Positions 8,733-17,586 of a stretch of 24,911 nt of DNA are shown here, piece after piece (position 1 is the stretch's first letter; each line of letters begins with the position of its first letter). The notes below the pieces were generated by a model. The model worked only from the letters and a program-made list of their open reading frames with translations, searched no databases and was not told where the DNA came from. Location of the stretch: contig JAYGCM010000084.1 in NCBI GenBank assembly GCA_046583355.1, positions 1 to 24,911 on the forward strand, in the 5' to 3' direction. This DNA comes from Deltaproteobacteria bacterium. GTDB lineage: Bacteria > Desulfobacterota > Binatia > UBA12015. The translations under genes and the position numbers were made by a program.

Positions 8733-10174
8733 GCGGCGAAGATGGCAGGACGACGCTCACGCCACGGCATCGCCTCCTCCAATTGTGCTGCGATTTGCAG
8801 CAGCAGATCTTCCCGCCCGTAGGGCGCGATGAATTGCACACCCACCGGCAAGCCGGACGCGCTCTGGTGCAGGGGCAAGGAGAGCGCGGGCTGACCCGTA
8901 ATATTGAAAGGCGAGGCATAGGGCGCAAAACGGTCAAGCACGTCCAGGAGCGGACCGAGGTCGCCATCGGGCGAGGTGAGCACTCCGAGTTTCGGCGGCG
9001 GCGCGCCCAGCATCGGCGTCACCAGGATATCGAAGCCGCCCGCCCACCAGGCGGCCATCTCTCGTGTGAAGGATTCGGCCCATTTCGTCGCGGCGATATA
9101 ATCGATCGCGGTTACCGTGCGGCCGATTGCCGCAAGCGTTGCGGTCAGGGGCTCCACGCCACCTTCGGGCAGAGGCGCGCCGAGTTTCGCCGCCCATTCA
9201 TCGAGTCCCGCCGCCGTCCAGGTAGCCACGATGGTGGCAAAATTCCCGTTGCGCGCCTCGGTCAAATCGAGTGCCGCCGGGTGCGATTCCGCAACCGAAT
9301 GGCCCAGCGATTCCAGCGCCTGGCCGGCCTGGCGCACGGCCTCGGCACAATCGTGGTCGAGCGAATGTACGCCACCGGGCATTTCCAGCATCATCCCGAT
9401 ACGCAGCGAGCCGACGTCTGCGCCGACCTCGTGGGCAAAGGGACGCGCCGGGGTGGGCGCCGCATAGGGGTCGCCCGGCATGGGCCCGGCCACGATATCG
9501 AGGACCGAGGCGCAATCGCGGACCGTGCGCGTCACCACATGATTGGCAACAAAGCCCTGCCAATACGAACCGTAATCCGGACCCAAGGAAACGCGCCCGC
9601 GTGAGGGCTTCAGCCCGACAAGCCCACATTCGCTCGCGGGAATGCGGATCGAGCCGCCCCCGTCGCTCGCGTGAGCAAGCGGCACCATACCGCTGGCGAC
9701 GGCGGCGGCAGAGCCGCCGCTGGAACCACCGGTAGAATGGGCAGGATTCCACGGGTTGCGACTCGCCCCATAGGAGAGCGGCTCGGTCGTAACGGCCAGG
9801 CCAAGCTCCGGCGTATTGGTCTTGCCAAGCGGCACGAAACCCGCGCCCAGCAGTTTCTCGACAAAGAAGGCCGAATGCGGCGCACGGTAGGAAGCGTCTT
9901 TCAAAAAGCGGGTGCCACAATGGAAAGGTGCTCCGGCGAGTGGCGCATCCAGATCTTTCAGAAGGATGGGGACGCCGCGGAAGGGTCCCGCCGGCAGCCC
10001 GGCACGGACGCGCTCGCGTGCCTCCTCGTAGAGCGGTTGGATCACCGCATTCAACTCGCCGTTCACCGACTCGATCCGCGCGACCGCTTCGGCAAGCTGC
10101 TCCTCTGCTGAGGTCTCCCCCCGTGCGATCGCCTCGGCGATGCTGGTGGCGTCCTGTTCCGATCCTCGCGGCAT
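8729..10174 (-). CDS. amidase signature family protein (amidase 2)
   Basis: 481 aa. [29 protein letters not shown] and [23 protein letters not shown]. Its stop overlaps the bioA start (ATGA, 8732-8729). Confidence 0.93.
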   Translation of the reverse strand: MPRGSEQDATSIAEAIARGETSAEEQLAEAVARIESVNGELNAVIQPLYEEARERVRAGLPAGPFRGVPILLKDLDAPLAGAPFHCGTRFLKDASYRAPHSAFFVEKLLGAGFVPLGKTNTPELGLAVTTEPLSYGASRNPWNPAHSTGGSSGGSAAAVASGMVPLAHASDGGGSIRIPASECGLVGLKPSRGRVSLGPDYGSYWQGFVANHVVTRTVRDCASVLDIVAGPMPGDPYAAPTPARPFAHEVGADVGSLRIGMMLEMPGGVHSLDHDCAEAVRQAGQALESLGHSVAESHPAALDLTEARNGNFATIVATWTAAGLDEWAAKLGAPLPEGGVEPLTATLAAIGRTVTAIDYIAATKWAESFTREMAAWWAGGFDILVTPMLGAPPPKLGVLTSPDGDLGPLLDVLDRFAPYASPFNITGQPALSLPLHQSASGLPVGVQFIAPYGREDLLLQIAAQLEEAMPWRERRPAIFAA

Positions 10175-10322
10175 CCTGCACCCCTTCCGAATGATTGCTC
10201 ATGCCAGATCCCCTCTCGGGCAACAACAGCGGCCCCGCCATCCTTTGCGTCATAAAGCTCGTTCCGGTAGCCAAGTTCTGCGTTGCTGAAGAGAATTCGG
10301 TGCGATTTTCAAGGAGGAATTC

Positions 10323-10676
10323 ATGACCTACATCATCACCAGGCTCTGCCGCGACTGTGTGGACACCGGCTGCGTGGCCGTCTGTCCGGTCGATTGCATC
10401 TACGAGTACAAGGCCGCGGACAAAGAATCCTTCCCAAACCAGCTCTATATCCACCCGGATGAGTGCATCGATTGCGGCGCCTGCGAACCTGAATGCCCGT
10501 GGCAAGCGGTCTATGAAGAAGTCGCCGTTCCCGAGGTCTTCACCGAAGATACCCCGCTGAACTACAAGATGATGGACGATGCCGACTCCTTCGAGGTGAA
10601 GGAACACGGCAAAACCGATCACCCCTCCTCCGATCAGATCGAAGAAAACAAGAAGAAATGGGGCCTTACAGCTTGA
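10323..10676 (+). CDS. fdxA: dicluster ferredoxin, Azotobacter FdI/FdxA-like (probably [3Fe-4S]+[4Fe-4S])
   Basis: 117 aa. [17 protein letters not shown] and [17 protein letters not shown] match the FdI Cys spacing; strong RBS AAGGAGG; acidic composition. Confidence 0.92.
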   Translation: MTYIITRLCRDCVDTGCVAVCPVDCIYEYKAADKESFPNQLYIHPDECIDCGACEPECPWQAVYEEVAVPEVFTEDTPLNYKMMDDADSFEVKEHGKTDHPSSDQIEENKKKWGLTA

Positions 10677-10715
10677 GCCATCCCTTTCGTCTGCACCTCC
10701 TTGTAGGCTGAAGCG

Positions 10716-12308
10716 ATGTCACGCGCCGTCGTTCATACGCCCTCCGGCAGTATTGAGGGCAAAGAACACGGCCATGGGCTGGTGTTTCGCGGCATTCCCT
10801 TCGCCGCACCCCCGATCGGTCCGGGTCGCTTTCGCGCACCTGCGAAAATTCGCCCCTGGCAGGGCGTGCGCCAGGCCGGCCAATTCGGTCCAGCGGCACC
10901 TCAGGTCCCCGCGACCATTCTCGCCATCCGCCGCTTTCTCGGCACCTATGACGACAACAACGAGGATTGCCTCTACCTGAACGTCTGGACGCCAGCGGCC
11001 GATGGCAAGCGTTGTCCCGTGATGGTCTGGATTCATGGCGGCGCCTTCCTGCTTGGCTCCGGCGCGGCCGGACTCTACAGCGGCTCGCGGCTCGCCAGCC
11101 GTGGCGATGTTGTGGTCGTCACCATCAACTACCGCCTCGGCGTACTCGGCTCGCTCGATATGCTCGGACTGCGCGAGCGCGGCGAAGGCATCGATCCGAA
11201 TCTCGCAATCCGCGACCAGATCGCTGCATTGGAATGGGTCCGCGACCATATCGAAGCCTTCGGGGGCGATCCGACCAATGTGACGGTCTTCGGCGAGTCC
11301 GCCGGCGCCATGAGTGTGGGAACGCTACTCGGTACGTCGGCCGCAGGCAACCTCTTCCACCGTGCCATCCTGCAGAGCGGCGCCGCCTCGAATGTCTCCT
11401 CGCGGCCGATCGCCGAACGGATCGGGCGTGCCTTCCTGCGCTACCTCGGCCTGCCGCGGGCCAACCCCGCCCAATTGCGCCGCGTTCCCGCCAGCCGCAT
11501 TCTGGCCGCCCAGACCGCGACCATTCGCGAACTCGCCAACGGCGTGGCGACCCTGCCCTGGCAACCGACGCTCGACGGCGACCTGCTCACCGAGCAGCCT
11601 CTCGACGCGATCCGCCATGCCGCGACCACGCCGGTGCCGGTTCTGATCGGCTCCAACCGCAACGAATGGGCCCTCTTCATGGCGGCCGATTCGGCCGCCA
11701 GGCAACTCGACGAACCCGCCTTGCGGCGCCGCTTTCGTCGCGTCCTCTCCTCGCATGGCATCGACGAAATCATGCTCGACCGCGTGCATTCGATCTACGA
11801 CGAGACCCACGGCAAGCCGCCGGCGCGCTGGAGCGCCTTCATGTCGGATCTGGTCTTCCACGCCCCGGCCGTATTGCTGGCCGATACGCTATCGCGCGCG
11901 GGCGGAGAGGTTTATTTCTACCGCTTTGACGGCACCCTACCTCTGGTTGGCGGCTATACCGGCTCGTTCCACGGACTCGAAATCCCCTTCGTCTTCGGCA
12001 CCGTCGGCCGTGGCGCGCTGGCCTGGACCATCGGGAACTCGCCGGCAGTGCGGAAACTCTCGCGCAATATGCAGCAAGCCTGGGTCCGCTTCGCCCATAG
12101 CGCCAACCCCGCTCACGAGGGGCTGCCCGCGTGGCCCCGCTGGCAGGACGATCGGCGCGCCGCCATGCTGCTTGGCCCCGACAGCCGCATAGCGCAGGAC
12201 CCGCATGAAGGGGCGCGCGAATTCTGGACGCCTCTTCTGGAAGCGCCGCGGCAAAATCCGCCCGATCCCAAGCCGAGCCTGCAAGCCGCCCCGCGACTCG
12301 CTTGTTGA
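10716..12308 (+). CDS. type-B carboxylesterase/lipase (PnbA-like)
   Basis: 530 aa. FRGIPFAAPP, EDCLYLNVWTP, oxyanion WIHGGAF, INYRLG, nucleophile elbow FGESAGA, catalytic Glu in GSNRNE and catalytic His in FHGLEIPFVFG. Confidence 0.94.
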   Translation: MSRAVVHTPSGSIEGKEHGHGLVFRGIPFAAPPIGPGRFRAPAKIRPWQGVRQAGQFGPAAPQVPATILAIRRFLGTYDDNNEDCLYLNVWTPAADGKRCPVMVWIHGGAFLLGSGAAGLYSGSRLASRGDVVVVTINYRLGVLGSLDMLGLRERGEGIDPNLAIRDQIAALEWVRDHIEAFGGDPTNVTVFGESAGAMSVGTLLGTSAAGNLFHRAILQSGAASNVSSRPIAERIGRAFLRYLGLPRANPAQLRRVPASRILAAQTATIRELANGVATLPWQPTLDGDLLTEQPLDAIRHAATTPVPVLIGSNRNEWALFMAADSAARQLDEPALRRRFRRVLSSHGIDEIMLDRVHSIYDETHGKPPARWSAFMSDLVFHAPAVLLADTLSRAGGEVYFYRFDGTLPLVGGYTGSFHGLEIPFVFGTVGRGALAWTIGNSPAVRKLSRNMQQAWVRFAHSANPAHEGLPAWPRWQDDRRAAMLLGPDSRIAQDPHEGAREFWTPLLEAPRQNPPDPKPSLQAAPRLAC

Positions 12309-12309
12309 A

Positions 12310-15300
12310 TCAGCCGCCGCGTGTCGCGCGGGAGTAGATTTTCGGCAACTCGAGTGGCAATTCCGCGATATCGTCAATCACGAGATAATTACTCGAATCA
12401 CACATCTCGCGCAGGTAATCATGCCCGGCCCGGTCTACCGTGATGCAGAACGTCGAGATTCCGGCCTGCTCGGCCTCGCGCAAAGCCTGGGCGGTATCGC
12501 GCAGACCGTAGAGGTTCGAGCGCCGATCACTGCCATAATCGAAATCCTGCGGGAAGCCGTCGGAGAGAAGAATCAGGTGCTTGGACCGTGAGCTCACAGC
12601 CGCGAGACGACGGATCGCGTGCCGGATCGCCGGGCCCATGCGCGTCGAGCGCTGTGGCTCAACCGCCCCAAGCCGACTCTTGGCGGCAAGGGAGAGGGAT
12701 TCGTTGAAGTTCTTGACGTCGAAGAGTTCCACCTGATCCCGGCCATGCCCGGAAAAACCGTAGATCGCAAAAAGATCGCCGATCTCTTCAAGCGCTTGTG
12801 ACATGATCACCAGCGCCTCTTTCTGGATATCGATCACGCGACGACCCCGCACCTTGCTGCCCGTCTCGGTCTCGGTCTCGGCCTCTTCCACTTCTTCATC
12901 GGTCGAGGCCGACATATCGAGCAGAAAAAGCGTTGCGACATCGCGTTCTTCGCGCTGACGCTGGGTATAAAGCCGGGTCGCCGGGTTGAGTCGCGCACGC
13001 AGATCGGTGCGCGCGAGCACGACGGCATCGAGATCAAAATCTTCTCCGTCAAGCAGGCCGCGGATCGTCCGGTAGCCCTCGGGCTTCACACGTTGGAACT
13101 GGCGACGGACCTCGGGAAGAACGTCCTGGTAGCGCGCCAGCGTATCGGAGAAAAAGCTCGGGTCGTCATCGCGCAGGCCGAGCTCATGGACCTGGCACCA
13201 ACCCACACGGTAGTCGCCGATCTCATGGTCCCATTCGTCGTAGACAAACACACCTTTCGACTCGCGCGCGCCGCGCGCCAGCGCCAAGGTATCCTGCGGT
13301 GTATGCCCCGCCGCCTCACCGCCGGCTTCGCCGCCGCCTCCGCTCAACCCGGAAACAAAAAGGCCGGTCGCATCCAGTGGCCCTTCGGCGCGCATGACCT
13401 TCACATCGGGCTGCTGTTCCAGGTAGGCACGCAGCATCTCGGGGTCGACCGCCGGCGCGGGTGCCATCTCTTCGGTGCGTTCGCCCTGCGGCACGCCTTG
13501 TTCGTCGAAACCATCCTGGTTTTCTTTTGTCTGACCAGGAACCGACGTGCCGTCTTCCTCGGAATCGTCGAGAAGGTAGGCCATGGTGGGATCCTCAAGA
13601 AAAAGATCCTCCAGGTTGGCAACCCGGATCAGCTCGCCTGCTTCGAGCAGGCGCGACATCCGCGCGGTCTCGGTTGCGGCATCATAAATCGTCGCCGTGC
13701 CGGCCTGCGCGGCGGCCGCAAAGACGGCCAGGCCCTCGCCCTTGACCGAAAACTCGACCCGGACGGGGTCGCCACCCAACGCCAGGAAGAGCAATGCGGC
13801 CGGCTCGCCCTCCTCGGCCGCGACGCGGTCGCCTGCCCACGCATGTCCGCGCAGGTCGGCGAGGTCGGCGGCAAGGCCGGGAAACCGTTCGGCGATCACC
13901 GGTGCGAGTCGGACCGCTTCGAGATGCGCGAGAATACCCGCGGCCGCCTCGGGCAACTCGAAGCGGGCATAAAATTCAGGGAAGCCGCCTTCGGTTTCGT
14001 CTTCCAACCAGGTCCCCACCTGAAACTCCCGGGTGCCAGCCTCGGTCCAGAGCGTGGCGAGCGTCGCCTGTAACTTGACCAAGGAGAAATTCTCTTCCCA
14101 GGTCGGAAAGGTACCGGCCCGCTGATTGACCGGAATGACATCCTGCGCTTCGAGGTGCGGAAAGAGACCGCCCATCTCCACGGCGACCAGATGGGGAGCA
14201 CGCCGCTCGAGAATGCGCAGATAGCCACGCAGCATGGCCTCGATATCTTCGAAGCGCACGGCCGCATCATGCCGTGCGAGAAACGCCTTGGCACCGCGCG
14301 ATTCGAGGGAGAAGAACGCCTCGGCTGCGGCCGTATGCATCTCCGAGAGCGAGATTCCCTCACGCACAAAGCTTTCGAGTTCGTGACCGAAACCGACGGC
14401 CTCGCCAACCCGCAACACGCTACGAACAAAGCGTGGCGCCGCCGTCGGCACCGCACGCGCAATCTCCAAGGCAAGATCCAGAACCATCCAACGTGTGGCC
14501 TGGGGCAGACGGCGCAGAACCGGCCCGGCACCACGCAGGAGGTCGAATACCGATATGGCGTCGCCGCCGAGCTGCACCAATACCGCAAGGAGAAGGCGCC
14601 GACTCTTGGCCGGCACGCCAGCGAGCTGCTGCGGCGCCTCATCAAACCATTTCGGCGCCGCGCGCACATCCCACGGCGCGCAGGCGGCGACGATATTCAG
14701 AAGGTCGGCGAACTCGCCGTCGTCAATTGCTACCTTGGCCGGCAAGGGCCTGAGCACGCCATGCGGCCGGCGCGGCACGAAAGCGACCGCTTCGGCGTAA
14801 TGCAGCCATGCCATGGACACAGCCGCCGGATACAGGCCCAGCGTCTCGCCCAGCATCGCTGCGCAGCGGTTCACGATCGGGTCGCCGCTATGAGCCGCGG
14901 TGAAATCGCGCAGGCCGGAACTCACACTCTCCAGGCGCAAAGCGCCCTCGCCACCGGTCAGCCCGGCCGATTCACCTGCAGCAATCGCCGCCAAAGCGCT
15001 GCCACCAAAGGCCTGCGCGGCCCGCACCGACACGCCACCGATACGGCAGATGGCATCGCCCCAGGCGCGCATCGCCGCCGGCTCGATCGCCAGGAGTGTA
15101 TCGGTTTCCAGCGTGAGCAAAGCCAGGCCCGCTTCCCGAGCAACACCCTCCAGGCGAATCACGCGCACCAGCGCATCGGCCAGCACGGCGAACGCAATCG
15201 GGTCCTGCAAGGGCTGCAGGCGTGTCGCGAAATCGCGCAAGCGGCCGGCAAAGCCGGGGCTGGTCGGCATCAGCTCGTCGGCCAGCACCAAGAGCGCGTT

Positions 15301-15324
15301 GTCGCTGAAAAATCGGTCGTCCAT
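12310..15324 (-). CDS. large NorD/CbbO-type VWA domain protein
   Basis: 1004 aa. C-terminal VWA with intact MIDAS (LLDMSAS, STRMGPAIRHA, LLSDGFPQD), FAIYGFSGHGR and FCITVD; family-typical YDEWD...Y...WCQVHE before the VWA. Long Ala/Leu-rich N-terminal region and an acidic linker. Confidence 0.88.
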   Translation of the reverse strand: MDDRFFSDNALLVLADELMPTSPGFAGRLRDFATRLQPLQDPIAFAVLADALVRVIRLEGVAREAGLALLTLETDTLLAIEPAAMRAWGDAICRIGGVSVRAAQAFGGSALAAIAAGESAGLTGGEGALRLESVSSGLRDFTAAHSGDPIVNRCAAMLGETLGLYPAAVSMAWLHYAEAVAFVPRRPHGVLRPLPAKVAIDDGEFADLLNIVAACAPWDVRAAPKWFDEAPQQLAGVPAKSRRLLLAVLVQLGGDAISVFDLLRGAGPVLRRLPQATRWMVLDLALEIARAVPTAAPRFVRSVLRVGEAVGFGHELESFVREGISLSEMHTAAAEAFFSLESRGAKAFLARHDAAVRFEDIEAMLRGYLRILERRAPHLVAVEMGGLFPHLEAQDVIPVNQRAGTFPTWEENFSLVKLQATLATLWTEAGTREFQVGTWLEDETEGGFPEFYARFELPEAAAGILAHLEAVRLAPVIAERFPGLAADLADLRGHAWAGDRVAAEEGEPAALLFLALGGDPVRVEFSVKGEGLAVFAAAAQAGTATIYDAATETARMSRLLEAGELIRVANLEDLFLEDPTMAYLLDDSEEDGTSVPGQTKENQDGFDEQGVPQGERTEEMAPAPAVDPEMLRAYLEQQPDVKVMRAEGPLDATGLFVSGLSGGGGEAGGEAAGHTPQDTLALARGARESKGVFVYDEWDHEIGDYRVGWCQVHELGLRDDDPSFFSDTLARYQDVLPEVRRQFQRVKPEGYRTIRGLLDGEDFDLDAVVLARTDLRARLNPATRLYTQRQREERDVATLFLLDMSASTDEEVEEAETETETGSKVRGRRVIDIQKEALVIMSQALEEIGDLFAIYGFSGHGRDQVELFDVKNFNESLSLAAKSRLGAVEPQRSTRMGPAIRHAIRRLAAVSSRSKHLILLSDGFPQDFDYGSDRRSNLYGLRDTAQALREAEQAGISTFCITVDRAGHDYLREMCDSSNYLVIDDIAELPLELPKIYSRATRGG

Positions 15325-15387
15325 GGCAGGCCTGGCCTGGTTTTAGCCCGCTCAAGCCGCACGCGCACGGACGGCTCCGGCACGGCT

Positions 15388-16143
15388 TCAGTTCTGGATG
15401 GTCAATCCGCCATCGACGACAAGACAGGCGCCGTTGATGAAGGAGGCAGCCGGCAGAACCAGGCTGAGAATGGCATGTGCGACCTCTTCGGGCGCGCCGT
15501 AGCGGCCCAAAGGAACCTTGCGTCGTGCGAATTTCTCTTTGGCTTCATCCGGAATCACCGCTGTCATGCCGGTATGGATGGGCCCGGGACAGATTGCGTT
15601 CACGGTAATTCCTTCGCGGCCCAGCTCCACCGCCAATGCGCGCGTCAAACCCAATACGGCATGTTTGCTTGCCGTATAGGCGCTCAGATACGGCTGCGCC
15701 CCCAGAGCTTCGGTCGAGGCGATATTCACAATGCGACCACCCTCTTTTTTCTTCAACCAGGGAAGCGCGGCTCGCAGCGTTCGGTGGATGCCATGCAGGT
15801 TGACGTCAAGCGTCTTCTGCCACGCAAGCTCGTCGCCGAAAGCTGCCGGCAGGCTGATCCCCGCGCAGCAGACTACGATCTCGATCCCGCCAAGCTCAAG
15901 AGCGACCGCCTCGACCACCGCGCCTACGGCAGCATCGTCCGCCACATCCATCTCGCGGCCCAAAGCCCGCCCTCCGGCGGCCGTGATCTCACCTGCGACC
16001 TCGGCAATCGCGCTACCGGGCCTGTCGGTCGCGGCCACCAGCGCCCCCTCGGACGCCAGGAGAAGTGCTGTCGCTCGGCCGATTCCGCTCGCGGCCCCGG
16101 TCACCAATGCCCTCTTTCCCTGGATCGATCTGCTGAGTTCCAT
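15388..16143 (-). CDS. short-chain dehydrogenase/reductase (FabG-like SDR)
   Basis: 251 aa. TGAASGIG, catalytic YTASK, IVNIAS, VNAICPG and VDGG. Confidence 0.93.
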   Translation of the reverse strand: MELSRSIQGKRALVTGAASGIGRATALLLASEGALVAATDRPGSAIAEVAGEITAAGGRALGREMDVADDAAVGAVVEAVALELGGIEIVVCCAGISLPAAFGDELAWQKTLDVNLHGIHRTLRAALPWLKKKEGGRIVNIASTEALGAQPYLSAYTASKHAVLGLTRALAVELGREGITVNAICPGPIHTGMTAVIPDEAKEKFARRKVPLGRYGAPEEVAHAILSLVLPAASFINGACLVVDGGLTIQN

Positions 16144-16149
16144 CCCCCA

Positions 16150-16178
16150 AGGTTAAAGAGAAACGAGACGAAGGTCGA
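16150..16178 (-). promoter_or_regulatory. candidate promoter for the SDR gene (possibly leaderless)
   Basis: Minus strand: TCGACC (16178-16173), 17 nt, TAACCT (16155-16150), 6 nt, then ATG 16143. Confidence 0.45.
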
Positions 16179-16223
16179 TAGTCGCAGCAGAGTGCTTCGG
16201 GGAGCGCTTATGGGGAGGATGAG

Positions 16224-16766
16224 ATGGATTTTCGTACGCTCAAGCTGAGTTTCGCCTGTATTGCCCTTCTGGGCCTGGCCTTCGATGCGAGTCTGGTATC
16301 AGCACAGGAACTGCCGAAGCCTTTCGCGGGCAATTGTTGTGGCTGCAACGGCAATATCAAATTACGAGGGGCCGCCAAGCCCGACCTGATTCGTGTCGGC
16401 GCTCGCGTCTTCCCCTCCACCGCGATGAATCCTTTTGATGACGGATTCACCTTCCTGCTGAGCAATGCCGATGGTTCACTCTTCAGTGAGACTTTGGCGC
16501 CCGGCGTCATGAAGGAAATGCCGAACGGCCGGCGCTGGAGCTACAGGAATCCGGCGGCACCGGCTGCCGGCGGCATTCATACGGTCAAGATTCAGCAGAT
16601 GTCCGGCCCCGCGGCAGGCTTCATCTTCTATGTTCGTGCCTACGCGGATCTCGCGGCGGCGACCGAGACCGAGATGACGACTCGCCTGATCGTCGGGGAC
16701 GATTCGTTCTTTGACAGCAGCGATTGGAACCAGCGCAAAAACGGCTGGCGCCACATCTTCTGGTAG
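16224..16766 (+). CDS. secreted hypothetical protein with CCGC motif
   Basis: 180 aa. RBS GGAGG upstream; signal-peptide-like N-terminus ending VSA/QE; beta-strand-rich mature part (RWSYRNP...GGIHTVKI). No family recognised. Confidence 0.75.
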   Translation: MDFRTLKLSFACIALLGLAFDASLVSAQELPKPFAGNCCGCNGNIKLRGAAKPDLIRVGARVFPSTAMNPFDDGFTFLLSNADGSLFSETLAPGVMKEMPNGRRWSYRNPAAPAAGGIHTVKIQQMSGPAAGFIFYVRAYADLAAATETEMTTRLIVGDDSFFDSSDWNQRKNGWRHIFW

Positions 16767-16773
16767 CGGCGCC

Positions 16774-17586
16774 TCAAGCGAAGAGTGCGGTCACGACTTC
16801 GCCGACCGCGCGCAGCATCTCGGGGTCGTCGGTCAGGGAATTGGTCACCGCTACCGTGCACGCACGGCGTTGCGGCACACCCTTCATGACGAGTTGGCCG
16901 GCATAGACGAGCAGCCGCGTACTGACTCCCTCGCCAAGCCCGGAGCCGCGTAGCGCTCGTATTTTTTCGCCCAACGTTGCCAGGGTCAACGCCGTATCGG
17001 CATCGACGCCACTCTCATGCGCGATGATTTCGGCTTCCCGATCACGTGGTGGGTAGTCGAATTCCAGGCTCACGAAGCGTTGCCGCGTCGAATGCTTCAG
17101 GTCCTTGAGCACGCTCTGGTAGCCGGGGTTGTAGGAGACCACGAGCATGAAATCAGGATGCGCCTCCAGCACCTCGCCGCGCCGATCGATAGGCAGAATT
17201 CGGCGGTGGTCGGTCAGGGGGTGGATCAGGACGATCGTATCCTTGCGCGCCTCTACGACCTCATCGAGGTAGCAGATCGCACCGCGACGCACGGATTGGG
17301 TCAGCGGTCCGTCAATCCAGACCGTTTCATCACCCTGGATGAGATAGCGACCGACAAGATCCGAGCCGGTCAGATCCTCGTGGCAAGCAACCGTCACCAA
17401 CGAGTCGCCCTCACCTGTGGTCAGGCCCTTGAGCCGGTGGGCCATATACTCGACGAAACGCGTCTTGCCGCAGCCCGTCGGCCCCTTGAGGAGAATCGGC
17501 AGACGACACGCATGGGCATGCGTGAAGATCTCGACCTCGTCATGAATCGGCAGATAATAGGGAGCGGCATCGTCCGACGAACTCAT
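16774..17586 (-). CDS. CbbQ/NirQ/NorQ family AAA+ ATPase
   Basis: 270 aa from ATG 17586 (the track's 17685 start overlaps yqgE). Walker [37 protein letters not shown], Walker [26 protein letters not shown] and GVSTRLL. Confidence 0.94.
   Translation of the reverse strand: MSSSDDAAPYYLPIHDEVEIFTHAHACRLPILLKGPTGCGKTRFVEYMAHRLKGLTTGEGDSLVTVACHEDLTGSDLVGRYLIQGDETVWIDGPLTQSVRRGAICYLDEVVEARKDTIVLIHPLTDHRRILPIDRRGEVLEAHPDFMLVVSYNPGYQSVLKDLKHSTRQRFVSLEFDYPPRDREAEIIAHESGVDADTALTLATLGEKIRALRGSGLGEGVSTRLLVYAGQLVMKGVPQRRACTVAVTNSLTDDPEMLRAVGEVVTALFA

Noticed and set aside
7575..10622. Long ORFs 7575-8822 (+), 8783-9604 (+) and 9198-10622 (-)
   Set aside because: They are antisense or out-of-frame shadows of bioA, amidase 2 and the ferredoxin, with no recognisable motifs.
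12863..12880. (GTCTCG)3 microsatellite in the VWA gene
   Set aside because: It is an in-frame hexamer encoding an ETETE-type acidic loop. Slippage would not shift the frame and it is too short to suggest a contingency locus.
14155..16248. 697-aa plus-strand ORF
   Set aside because: It lies antisense to the VWA and SDR genes, is Arg/Gln/Ala-rich without motifs, and is the shadow expected from GC-rich codon bias.
16774..17586. Calling carbon fixation or denitrification from the CbbQ/NorQ-like gene
   Set aside because: No RuBisCO, phosphoribulokinase, nor or nir gene is in the window, and family membership alone does not specify the client.
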